Positions 33,821 through 42,467 of a DNA stretch of 64,000 nt are shown here, piece after piece. Below the pieces are notes generated by a model that saw nothing but the letters and a program-made list of their open reading frames with translations, was not told the origin of the DNA and did no database searches. Made by a program: the position numbers and the translations under genes. Origin of the DNA: an uncultured Candidatus Actinomarina sp. (GTDB lineage Bacteria; Actinomycetota; Acidimicrobiia; Actinomarinales; Actinomarinaceae). The DNA is taken from contig CACPJC010000003.1 in the NCBI GenBank assembly GCA_902634185.1, positions 1-64,000 on the forward strand. Direction: 5' to 3'. The stretch's first letter is position 1; each line of letters begins with the position of its first letter.

Positions 33821-33847
33821 ATTACCGGAATGTTTCATAAATGTTTC
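33821..33847 (-). promoter_or_regulatory. GlnR-box-like direct repeats upstream of amtB
   Basis: Minus strand GAAAC-n6-GAAAC-n6-GTAAT with 11-nt period. Resembles the actinobacterial GlnR consensus gTnAc-n6-GaAAc. Confidence 0.6.
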
Positions 33848-33893
33848 ACAAAAATGTAGTCTTTGTGATTTAAAAGTCTATTCTTAAAGTGTT

Positions 33894-35513
33894 ATGTCAA
33901 AAAATGTATTAGTTTGTGTGGCTTGGCCATATGCAAGCGGGTCAAGACATCTAGGCCATATTGGTGGAGCATATCTGCCTGCTGATATTTTTGCAAGGTA
34001 CCACAGAGCTGTTGGTAACAATGTTTTAATGGTGTCAGGAAGCGACGTTCACGGTACCCCAATAACTGTAAGAGCTGATGCAGAAGGTGTTCAACCAATA
34101 GATATAGTCAATAAATATCACAATGAATTTTTGGGGTATTGGGAAAAACTTCGTATTTCTTGGGATAACTATACAACAACAATGACTGATAATCATAAAG
34201 AAGTTACTCAGGAAATGTTCTTAAAAATAAAAGAGAATGGCTTTATTGAAAAAAATAAAAGTATCCAGGCTTTTGATCCACAAGAAAAAAAGTTTTTACC
34301 TGATAGATATGTAGAGGGTACTTGTCCTTGTCCTGTTGCTTATAGTGAAGCAAGAGGTGACCAATGTGATAGCTGTGGTAAAACTCTTGATCCAGAAGAG
34401 TTAATAAATCCTATAAGTAAAATATCTGGAAACAAAGCAGAATTTAAAGAGACTGAACATTATTTTTTAAAGTTAAGTGCTCTAAATGACAGACTTTCTG
34501 ATTGGTTAAATAGCAAAGAAGGTTGGAGACCTCACGTTATAAACTTTTCTAAATCATTTGTTGAAGAAGGTCTACAAGATAGAGCTATAACGAGAGATTT
34601 AGACTGGGGAATCGACATTCCAGAAAATGAATTAGGTGATGGAAAAAAAATATACGTATGGTTTGAAGCTGTAATTGGTTATTTATCTGCAGCTAAAGAA
34701 TGGGCAATAACCAATGGCACACCTGATGCATGGAAAGATTTTTGGATGAATGAGGATGCAGAGTCTTATTATTTTGTTGGAAAAGATAATGTTCCTTTTC
34801 ATGCAATAATATGGCCTGCCATGTTACTTGCATATGGTGATTTGAACCTACCAACAAATGTTCCGGCAAACCAGTACATATTGATTAAAGGTGAAAAGGC
34901 ATCTGCAAGTAGGGGTGTTGGAAAAACTTTGAACGATTATCTTGATGAATGGAATCCAGATTCATTAAGATACGCACTAGCCAGTATCCTGCCAGAGCAA
35001 AATGATTCTGAAATCTCTGAAGATGAAATGATTAGACGAAATAACGAAGAACTTGTGGCGGCATGGGGAAATTTAGTTCAAAGAGTTTTTTCACAATATA
35101 TAAATAATTTTGAAAAATTAGACTTTGATTTTGAGTTAAATGAAATTGATAAAAAAATAATTGATGAAGCTAGTGTTTGTTTTGAAAAGACAAGTGAATT
35201 AATCGAAAAGGTCGAACTCAAATCATCACTTCAGTCAGTTATGGGATATGTAAATAAAATAAATGCTTATCTTAATGAAACAGAACCATGGAAGATAATA
35301 AAAGAGGACAACGCCAGAGCAACAGCAATACTACACACATCACTTACAGCAATAGATGCATGTGCATCATTATTTACTCCTTTTATGCCGACAACATCTG
35401 AGGTTGTAAAAAATGCAATTGAAAAAAATACAAATAATAATTGGTCAGTAAACGACATAAAAAAAGGTGCCCCTTTAGAAAATATTGGACACCTTTTTAA
35501 AAAATTTGATTAG
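33894..35513 (+). CDS. metG: Methionine--tRNA ligase (short form without C-terminal OB domain)
   Basis: AWPYASGSRHLGH, GSDVHG, ARGDQCDSCG, ITRDLDWG, YVWFEA, GKDNVPFH and KASAS. Confidence 0.96.
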   Translation: MSKNVLVCVAWPYASGSRHLGHIGGAYLPADIFARYHRAVGNNVLMVSGSDVHGTPITVRADAEGVQPIDIVNKYHNEFLGYWEKLRISWDNYTTTMTDNHKEVTQEMFLKIKENGFIEKNKSIQAFDPQEKKFLPDRYVEGTCPCPVAYSEARGDQCDSCGKTLDPEELINPISKISGNKAEFKETEHYFLKLSALNDRLSDWLNSKEGWRPHVINFSKSFVEEGLQDRAITRDLDWGIDIPENELGDGKKIYVWFEAVIGYLSAAKEWAITNGTPDAWKDFWMNEDAESYYFVGKDNVPFHAIIWPAMLLAYGDLNLPTNVPANQYILIKGEKASASRGVGKTLNDYLDEWNPDSLRYALASILPEQNDSEISEDEMIRRNNEELVAAWGNLVQRVFSQYINNFEKLDFDFELNEIDKKIIDEASVCFEKTSELIEKVELKSSLQSVMGYVNKINAYLNETEPWKIIKEDNARATAILHTSLTAIDACASLFTPFMPTTSEVVKNAIEKNTNNNWSVNDIKKGAPLENIGHLFKKFD

Positions 35514-35896
35514 CTCTTTGTAGCTTGAAATACCTCATCTATTTCATTAATCAAACCTAGAAGTTCCTCGCCTACAGCAGGATCTTCTGTTTTCTTTGCT
35601 TCTCCAGCTTTCTTTGTTGCATTCCAAAAAAGATCATGAACATTTGGAAATTTTTCAAGGTGTTCTGGCTTGAAATAATCTGTCCACAATACCCATAGAT
35701 CTTTCTTAACCTCTTCAGCCATATCTTCTTTAATGGTGATGCATCGTTGTTTGAATGCAGCATCATCAGATTCTTGATATTTTTTGGAGGCATTTACAAC
35801 TGACTCTGCATTGATTCTTGCTTGTGCAGGATCATAGACACCGCATGGCAAATCACAATGAGCATGAGCTACTCTTGTTGGTTTAAATAACTTCAT
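35510..35896 (-). CDS. sodN: Nickel superoxide dismutase precursor
   Basis: Ni-hook HCDLPCGVYDP after a 12-aa leader, plus LWTDYFKP. Confidence 0.96.
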   Translation of the reverse strand: MKLFKPTRVAHAHCDLPCGVYDPAQARINAESVVNASKKYQESDDAAFKQRCITIKEDMAEEVKKDLWVLWTDYFKPEHLEKFPNVHDLFWNATKKAGEAKKTEDPAVGEELLGLINEIDEVFQATKS

Positions 35897-35944
35897 AAAT
35901 CTCCTTTAATAATCTACTATTAATTTTAATAACAAAAAAACTAT

Positions 35945-36448
35945 ATGATTAAAAGCATTACACGGATATTAAATATTAGAAACCTTCTTATCATCGCTGT
36001 CTATTTATTTCTAAAAAATAATAAAGATGGAACATATAGAACATATGAAATCAAAGAAGAAAGTATGGAGCCATCATTACATGAAGGCGATTACGTATTA
36101 GCTATAAAAGTTGCAGAACCATTAAATCGAGGTGATATTGTTATTTATGAATATGCTCCAAAAAATATTGAAATAATTAAACGAGTCATCGGACTTCCAG
36201 GTGAGACTATTTCAAATGAAGATGGGGAGATAAAAGTTGATGGAAAATCAATTAGCGATAGTTGGGGTAATGGTAAGTCAGCTTCTTTTGAAACTATTAC
36301 ATTGCAGGAAGATGAATTATTTGTATTAGGAGATAATAGAGAAAAATCTTCTAGTGATTCGTCATCTATTGGTCCAATTAAAAATGAGGATTGTTGGAAA
36401 TTAAGATATCTCTATTGGCCCTATCATAAGTTTAAGAGTTATGAATAA
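35945..36448 (+). CDS. S26 peptidase, probable NiSOD maturation protease (SodX-like) or signal peptidase I
   Basis: SMEPSL (Ser), IKRV (Lys) and GDNR..S.DS. Divergent from sodN. Confidence 0.8.
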   Translation: MIKSITRILNIRNLLIIAVYLFLKNNKDGTYRTYEIKEESMEPSLHEGDYVLAIKVAEPLNRGDIVIYEYAPKNIEIIKRVIGLPGETISNEDGEIKVDGKSISDSWGNGKSASFETITLQEDELFVLGDNREKSSSDSSSIGPIKNEDCWKLRYLYWPYHKFKSYE

Positions 36449-36629
36449 TTTAGTTTGTACCTGGTGTAAAAGAGAAATGACCTATCTTCATGGTCATGGA
36501 GCTTGTATCAACAATCAATGTCCTATGTTTGGTTTGAACCAAGCTGAATGTTGTGATGGTGAAACTGTTTCAAACTGTGTTTCACCACAGAAAAATGAAA
36601 TAACATTATCCCCGCGTGCATTAAACTAG
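36441..36629 (+). CDS. Small Cys/His-rich hypothetical protein
   Basis: 62 aa with CxxC...HGH..CxxxxC...CC...C. Overlaps the peptidase stop by 8 nt and fills the gap to korA. Confidence 0.65.
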   Translation: MNNLVCTWCKREMTYLHGHGACINNQCPMFGLNQAECCDGETVSNCVSPQKNEITLSPRALN

Positions 36630-36646
36630 GCAGGTAAAGTTAAATT

Positions 36647-39337
36647 ATGAGTGAAGAAAAACCTTTAAACGTACCTGAATATCTATTGATTAGGTCTGCT
36701 GAGGCAAGAGCTAAACATTTAGGTATTTCTGTTGAACAAGCTTTAGCTGAAATCAAGGGAGAAGCTCAACCAGTAGTTGAGGAACCTGTAGCTGAAGTTG
36801 AAGAACCTGTAGTTGAAGTTGAAGAGCCAGTTGAAGAGGAACCTGTAGCTGAAGTTGAAGAACCTATAGTTGAAGTTGAAGAGCCAGTTGAAGAACCTGT
36901 AGTTGAAGTTGAAGAGCCAGTTGAAGAACCTGTAGTTGAACAAGAACCTTTAGAGGAAGTAAGCATAGAAAATAAAACTGTTGAGTCTATACCAGCCGTT
37001 ACCATTCGTTTTGCTGGTGATTCAGGTGATGGTATGCAATTAGTTGGTACTAGATTCACAGACACTTCTGCTTTATTTGGAAACGACCTTGCTACTTTGC
37101 CAGCGTTTCCTGCTGAAATTAGGGCTCCTCAAGGAACAGTTGCAGGTGTATCTTCCTTCCAAGTTCAAATTGCTGACTTTGATATTTTGACACCAGGAGA
37201 TGCCCCTGATGTTTTAGTTGCTATGAACCCTGCTGCTTTGAAAGCTCACCTACAAGATTTAACACCAAACGGAATGTTGATATTAAACGAAGATGCTTTT
37301 GATGAAAAAAATATTAAAAAAGCAGGTTATGGGATAGATCCTAGAGAATCTGAGGAACTTGATGGATATAGAATTTTTCAAGTCCCAATGGAAAAACTAA
37401 CAAAGGAAGCTTTGGAGGAATTTGATTTACCTGGAAGAGCAGTTTTACGTTCTAAAAATATGATAGCTCTTGGTTTAATTTCATGGACTTTTAACAGAGA
37501 TCTAAAAGATACTGAAAATTGGATAAACGAGAAATTCAAAAATCTACCAGAAGTCGCAAAAGCAAACATAAAAGCACTCAAGACTGGATACAACTTTGGT
37601 ATTACAGTTGAGGCATTTCACCATACTTATAAAGTAGATAAGGCCTCATTACCAGCTGGAGAGTATACAAATATAAATGGAAATATCGGTTTAAGTTGGG
37701 GTCTTATTGCGGGTGCTAAAAAAGCTAATCTCGATCTGTTTTACGGAAGTTATCCTATTACTCCTGCATCAGATATATTGCATGAGTTATCAAAACACAA
37801 AAATTTCAATGTGTTGACTTTCCAAGCTGAAGATGAAATTGCAGCTGCTGCAGCAGCAGTAGGTGCTTCCTTTACAGGAAAGCTTGCAGTTACAGGAACC
37901 AGTGGACCAGGTCTTGCTCTAAAAAGTGAAACCATATCTTTAGCCCTTTCTGCAGAATTGCCTTTAGTAGTAGTTAATGTTCAAAGGGGTGGGCCATCAA
38001 CGGGACTACCTACAAAACCAGAACAGTCTGATCTAATGTTTGCAATGTATGGACGCCATGGAGAGGCTCCTTTACCAGTAGTTGCAGCTAAATCCCCATC
38101 TCATGCTTTCTATGCAGCGTTTGAGGCAACACGTATTGCTCTTAAATATATGACACCCGTTATTTTATTGTCAGACAACTATGTTGCTACAGGTTCTGAG
38201 CCATGGAAACTACCTGAGATTGAAAACCTTGATGAATTGGGAACAAATTTAACCACGACTTACAACACTGAAGATGGGTTTTTACCATTTTTTAGAGATT
38301 ACGAAACTAATGCTCGACCATGGGCTATTCCTGGAGTACCAGGATTAGAGCATCGTGTAGGTGGATTAGAAAAAGAAGATGGAACTGGAAATGTTTCTTA
38401 TGACACTGATAATCACCAATACATGACAGATATGAGAGCATGGAAAATTGAAAATATAGCAAATGATATTGACCCACTTGAAATAAATGGAGACATATCA
38501 TCAGATACTCTCATTTTGGGTTGGGGATCAACTTTTGGTGGTATCACACAAGCTGTAAACAGACTCAATTCAAAAGGTGTAAAGGTAGCAAGTGCACACT
38601 TCACACACATCAATCCTTTCCCAGACAACACGGCTGAAGTTTTGAGTCAATTTAAAAACATCATTGTCCCTGAATTAAACACTGGCCAATTGTCAAAACT
38701 TTTACGTGCACGTTATCTTGTCGATACTGTCGGAATCAATAAAGTTGAAGGTTTACCTTTTACAGCTCAAGAATTAGAAGAAAAAATCGAATCTCTCATA
38801 AACTCTTTTGGTACAAAACTCGAGCCTATCGTAGAAGAAGTTGTAGCTGAGGAAGAACCTGTAGTTGAAGAGGTTGTAGAAGAAGTTGTAGCTGAGGAAG
38901 AACCTGTAGTTGAAGAGGTTGTAGCTGAGGAAGAACCTGTAGTTGAAGAGGTTGGAATACCAGAACACCTCATAATGAGATCTGCTGAAGCACGTGCAAA
39001 AGCATTAGGTATACCTGTTGAGCAAGTTTTAGAAGAAATGAGTGCAGATAAACCAGCAGCAGAAACCCAAGAACCAGTTGTTGAACAAGAACCAGTTCTT
39101 GAAGAAGAGCCAGTTGTTGAAGAAGTAAAATCAGATACATCTGAAGAACCAGCAGCAGAAGCTCAAGAACCTGTAGTAGAGAGAGTTGTCGAAAGGGTCA
39201 CTGAAAGAGTGACTGAGAGAATTATTGAAAAAGTTGATGAGAATATGCCTGAGAATAAAGAACTTGTTCAAGACATTGATGAAGAAAGAAACAAGGTAGA
39301 GGAAGAGAAAAAAGAGGAAGTAAAGACTGATGAGTAA
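36647..39337 (+). CDS. korA: 2-oxoacid:ferredoxin oxidoreductase alpha subunit with long N- and C-terminal extensions
   Basis: Core motifs IRFAGDSGDGMQL, PAEIRAP, GSYPITPAS, QAEDEIA, TSGPG and QRGGPSTGLPTK. About 115-aa N-terminal and about 175-aa C-terminal acidic extensions. Confidence 0.93.
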   Translation: MSEEKPLNVPEYLLIRSAEARAKHLGISVEQALAEIKGEAQPVVEEPVAEVEEPVVEVEEPVEEEPVAEVEEPIVEVEEPVEEPVVEVEEPVEEPVVEQEPLEEVSIENKTVESIPAVTIRFAGDSGDGMQLVGTRFTDTSALFGNDLATLPAFPAEIRAPQGTVAGVSSFQVQIADFDILTPGDAPDVLVAMNPAALKAHLQDLTPNGMLILNEDAFDEKNIKKAGYGIDPRESEELDGYRIFQVPMEKLTKEALEEFDLPGRAVLRSKNMIALGLISWTFNRDLKDTENWINEKFKNLPEVAKANIKALKTGYNFGITVEAFHHTYKVDKASLPAGEYTNINGNIGLSWGLIAGAKKANLDLFYGSYPITPASDILHELSKHKNFNVLTFQAEDEIAAAAAAVGASFTGKLAVTGTSGPGLALKSETISLALSAELPLVVVNVQRGGPSTGLPTKPEQSDLMFAMYGRHGEAPLPVVAAKSPSHAFYAAFEATRIALKYMTPVILLSDNYVATGSEPWKLPEIENLDELGTNLTTTYNTEDGFLPFFRDYETNARPWAIPGVPGLEHRVGGLEKEDGTGNVSYDTDNHQYMTDMRAWKIENIANDIDPLEINGDISSDTLILGWGSTFGGITQAVNRLNSKGVKVASAHFTHINPFPDNTAEVLSQFKNIIVPELNTGQLSKLLRARYLVDTVGINKVEGLPFTAQELEEKIESLINSFGTKLEPIVEEVVAEEEPVVEEVVEEVVAEEEPVVEEVVAEEEPVVEEVGIPEHLIMRSAEARAKALGIPVEQVLEEMSADKPAAETQEPVVEQEPVLEEEPVVEEVKSDTSEEPAAEAQEPVVERVVERVTERVTERIIEKVDENMPENKELVQDIDEERNKVEEEKKEEVKTDE
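36768..36950 (+). repeat. Coding tandem repeats (EPVVEVE / EPVE units) in the korA N-terminal tether
   Basis: Imperfect 21-bp unit GAACCTGTAGYTGAAGTTGAA interspersed with 12-bp GAGCCAGTTGAA. Confidence 0.9.
38831..38953 (+). repeat. Coding tandem repeats (VAEEEPVVEEV x3) in the korA C-terminal tether
   Basis: Identical 33-bp unit GTAGCTGAGGAAGAACCTGTAGTTGAAGAGGTT at 38843, 38888 and 38921. Confidence 0.92.
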
Positions 39338-40346
39338 AATTCCTCTCTCATATAAAAGAGCTGACTTTGCTAGTGACCAAGAGGTTAAATGGTGCCCTGG
39401 ATGTGGTGATTATACAATTCTTGCTTCAGTGCAAAACTTTATGACTGAATTAGGTATCAGAAAAGAAAATATTGTGTTTGTATCTGGCATTGGTTGTGCA
39501 GCAAGATTTCCTTACTACATGAACACATACGGTTTACATTCTATCCATGGTCGTGCTCCTGCAGTAGCTACTGGAGTAAGTGCATCTAACCCAGATCTTT
39601 CAGTTTGGGTAGTATCTGGAGATGGTGACGCACTATCTATTGGAGGAAACCACTTAATTCATGCACTAAGAAGAAATGTAAATATGAAGATTTTAATGTT
39701 CAATAATCAAATATATGGACTTACCAAAGGACAGTATTCCCCTACCAGTGAAGAAGGAAAGAAAACAAAATCTTCTCCCTTTGGTTCTGTAGAGCTTCCA
39801 CTAAACCCAATGAGTTTAGCCTTAGGAGCTGAGGCATCATTTGTTGCAAGGTCAATTGATATGGATAGAGATCTTACAGCAGAGGTACTTCGAGCAGCAT
39901 CTGAACATGAGGGCTCAGCTTATGTTGAGATTTATCAAAACTGTAACGTTTTTAATGACAAAGCCTTTGAGCAGTTAACTTCAAAGGAAGGAAAAATAGC
40001 AAATCGTATAAATCTAAAACATGGTGAGAAAGTTATCTTTGGAGCAGAAGATGAAAATGCTGTAACAATTCGTGATGGAGAAGCGGTCATAGTCAAAAGA
40101 TCTGAAATAGATGATAGTGAGATTTATGTTCATGACATTACAAAAGATAACCCTTCAATTGCTTTTTCATTATCAAGATTATCTCATGGGCCTTATGGGC
40201 CAACGCCAGTAGGTATCTTTAGACAAGTTGAAAGAGATACTTACAATGATGAAGTCAGAGAACAAATTGACTCATCTATTGAGCAAAAAGGTGAAGGAGA
40301 ACTTGATAAGCTTATTCGTTCTTTAGGAACTTGGGAAGTTAACTAA
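39330..40346 (+). CDS. korB: 2-oxoacid:ferredoxin oxidoreductase beta subunit
   Basis: WCPGCGD, VSGIGC, HSIHGR, TPP motif GDGD...NN and YGLTKGQYSPT. Confidence 0.96.
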   Translation: MSKIPLSYKRADFASDQEVKWCPGCGDYTILASVQNFMTELGIRKENIVFVSGIGCAARFPYYMNTYGLHSIHGRAPAVATGVSASNPDLSVWVVSGDGDALSIGGNHLIHALRRNVNMKILMFNNQIYGLTKGQYSPTSEEGKKTKSSPFGSVELPLNPMSLALGAEASFVARSIDMDRDLTAEVLRAASEHEGSAYVEIYQNCNVFNDKAFEQLTSKEGKIANRINLKHGEKVIFGAEDENAVTIRDGEAVIVKRSEIDDSEIYVHDITKDNPSIAFSLSRLSHGPYGPTPVGIFRQVERDTYNDEVREQIDSSIEQKGEGELDKLIRSLGTWEVN

Positions 40347-41733
40347 GGGCAGCGTTTAATCTTATCTCATCTAAGAATATTTCATTAAACAATTTGCCGT
40401 TTTCATATCTTTTTTTTAACAAATTATTTTGAATTTCTTTATCTTCTGAAATAATCTTAATTTTTTGATTCTTCATTATTGCAAAACGCCCTCCTCTAGA
40501 ATTTTTTGATTTGTCTGTTATCGGTTTTTTGTAAACATCTCTCCACGCCACACCGTCATGTAATGCAGAAACTTTCATGGCAAATGAAAAAGTATCTCTA
40601 TCGACTTTTTGCAACAATGAACCTCCCATACCGAAAGTAATGTTATTTGCTGAATACTTGTTCTTCTGCATTGATAAAAGAATTTCATTAATAACATCTT
40701 TGTCTACTCCATCACCTTGAATGACTCTTATGTAATCAGGTAGCTCTTTATACCCTTTATCATTCCATAAAAATCCAAAGTTTTTTTCATTTGATAATAT
40801 ATCTAATAACTTAATAATCGTTTCAGGTAAATCTCCTGAGTCTGGCCTAACTACAAGCCTTCCACCAGAGTTAATAATTTTTGATTTGAGTTCATTAGAG
40901 ATAATATTTGTTGCTGTATCAAAAGTATTGTATGAATCAATAACCGAAGCAGCAACTTTACCATCTTCTTTCAAGAAAATATCAATAACATTTTCATGAG
41001 CTTCTAATTCATTTTCTTCTCCCCAGGAAGTAATTGTTGAATGTTCCGAGGCAGGAATTGAGTAAGATATGTCTTCTCCCGAATAATAATCTCTTAAAAA
41101 TATTGCTCCCTCAACAGTATCAGAGCCAAGAAAATTTATAAGGTGTGCTGCTCCTCCAATTTGTGATGATTCTAAACTAGATACTCCTCTTGCGCCAAAA
41201 TCATGAAGCTTAAATGGTAAATCTTCTTCATACTTAGTTGAAGTTATAGATAAATAATGATTTATTATTTTTTTTATTTCTCTCGAAATTGTCGATACAG
41301 TAGTTGGATACCAAATAGACCTTAAAAGAGCTGTTTCAATATATGAAACAAGCCATGGAACTTTAATATCAGTATTCACTATCTGAACTAGTGGAATAGG
41401 GTTATCAACTATACTTCCTTCATCAATTGATTGAATTTCTAGCGGAAGAAATCCATTATGCTGATTTAAAATGTACTCCCAGTCTTGACGATTAAATATC
41501 CCTATATGATCCATATAAAATTTTTCTGCTTCATTAATATCTTCCATGGTTATAGGATTTAACAGATACTTCTTAATAAAGGCTTGGAGGCCAAAAAATA
41601 CAAGTTCTTGATTATTTAAATCCCTTGCTTCAATATATGCTGATAATTTCTGAGTACTTTTTGGGTATTGTTTAAAATGTGAAACTTTATAAGAATCTAC
41701 ATCAAGTATAAAATTATATTTTTTTGTGTTCAT
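40339..41733 (-). CDS. nadV: Nicotinamide phosphoribosyltransferase (NAMPT/NadV)
   Basis: DSYKVSH..QYP, FFGLQ, WYPTTV, LHDFGARG, GSDT, PASEHS, RPDSG, IQGDG and FGMGG.LLQ. Confidence 0.9.
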   Translation of the reverse strand: MNTKKYNFILDVDSYKVSHFKQYPKSTQKLSAYIEARDLNNQELVFFGLQAFIKKYLLNPITMEDINEAEKFYMDHIGIFNRQDWEYILNQHNGFLPLEIQSIDEGSIVDNPIPLVQIVNTDIKVPWLVSYIETALLRSIWYPTTVSTISREIKKIINHYLSITSTKYEEDLPFKLHDFGARGVSSLESSQIGGAAHLINFLGSDTVEGAIFLRDYYSGEDISYSIPASEHSTITSWGEENELEAHENVIDIFLKEDGKVAASVIDSYNTFDTATNIISNELKSKIINSGGRLVVRPDSGDLPETIIKLLDILSNEKNFGFLWNDKGYKELPDYIRVIQGDGVDKDVINEILLSMQKNKYSANNITFGMGGSLLQKVDRDTFSFAMKVSALHDGVAWRDVYKKPITDKSKNSRGGRFAIMKNQKIKIISEDKEIQNNLLKKRYENGKLFNEIFLDEIRLNAALS

Positions 41734-41805
41734 GCATAAGCTACTTTTTGATTTTTACCGTATGTTTAATTATATTTTTTTAGAATAACAATATGGCATA
41801 TACTA

Positions 41806-42465
41806 ATGGAATCTAATATTTATAAAATCCGGTATGCTTTGATTGCAGAATTTTTAGGTACATTTGTTTTAGTTTTTATTGGGTGTGGTTCTATTATCCT
41901 TTCAGAAATAATGGAATTCAATAAAATATTTATTCCTATATCTTTTGGAGGATCAATTGCATTTATGGTTTATATATTAGGTAAATATTCGGGGGCACAT
42001 TTTAATCCAGGTGTAACAATAGGATTTTTGATTGATAAAAAAATTAAATTAACTGACGCTTTTTTATATATTTCAATACAGTTGTTTGGAGCCTTAATTG
42101 CATCATACATTCACTTATTAATGTTTGGCTATAACAACTCATTGGGTTTAACTGTTAAAAATACTTCTGATTTAAATGCTTACTTGTTAGAAATCTTCTT
42201 TACATTCTTACTGATGACCGTAATATTTCTTGTTACAAAAAAACAAAACTATTATGATGGAATAGCAATTGGTGGGATTGTTGCAATAAGTGCATTCTTG
42301 ATTGGAGATCTTACTGGTGGTTCATTAAATCCAGCACGTAGTCTTGGACCAATGATTGTAAAAGGAAATTTTTTAAGTTTAGATTTATATATACTTGGAC
42401 CAATAGTTGGAGCATCCTTAGCTTCCCTTATTAAAAAATTTATTGAGCAACTAATCAAAAACTAA
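41806..42465 (+). CDS. MIP family channel (aquaporin, NIP/AqpZ-like)
   Basis: AEFLGTF, SGAHFNPGVT and GGSLNPARSLGP, with about 6 TM segments. Confidence 0.92.
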   Translation: MESNIYKIRYALIAEFLGTFVLVFIGCGSIILSEIMEFNKIFIPISFGGSIAFMVYILGKYSGAHFNPGVTIGFLIDKKIKLTDAFLYISIQLFGALIASYIHLLMFGYNNSLGLTVKNTSDLNAYLLEIFFTFLLMTVIFLVTKKQNYYDGIAIGGIVAISAFLIGDLTGGSLNPARSLGPMIVKGNFLSLDLYILGPIVGASLASLIKKFIEQLIKN

Positions 42466-42467
42466 TA

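Noticed and set aside
36768-38953. korA repeats as a possible CRISPR array
   Set aside because: The units are contiguous and in frame, with no unique spacers and no cas genes.
36743-38973. Minus-strand Ser/Thr-rich and FNYRFF-repeat ORFs
   Set aside because: These are shadows of the GAA/GTT/CCT-rich korA repeats, with no independent coding evidence.
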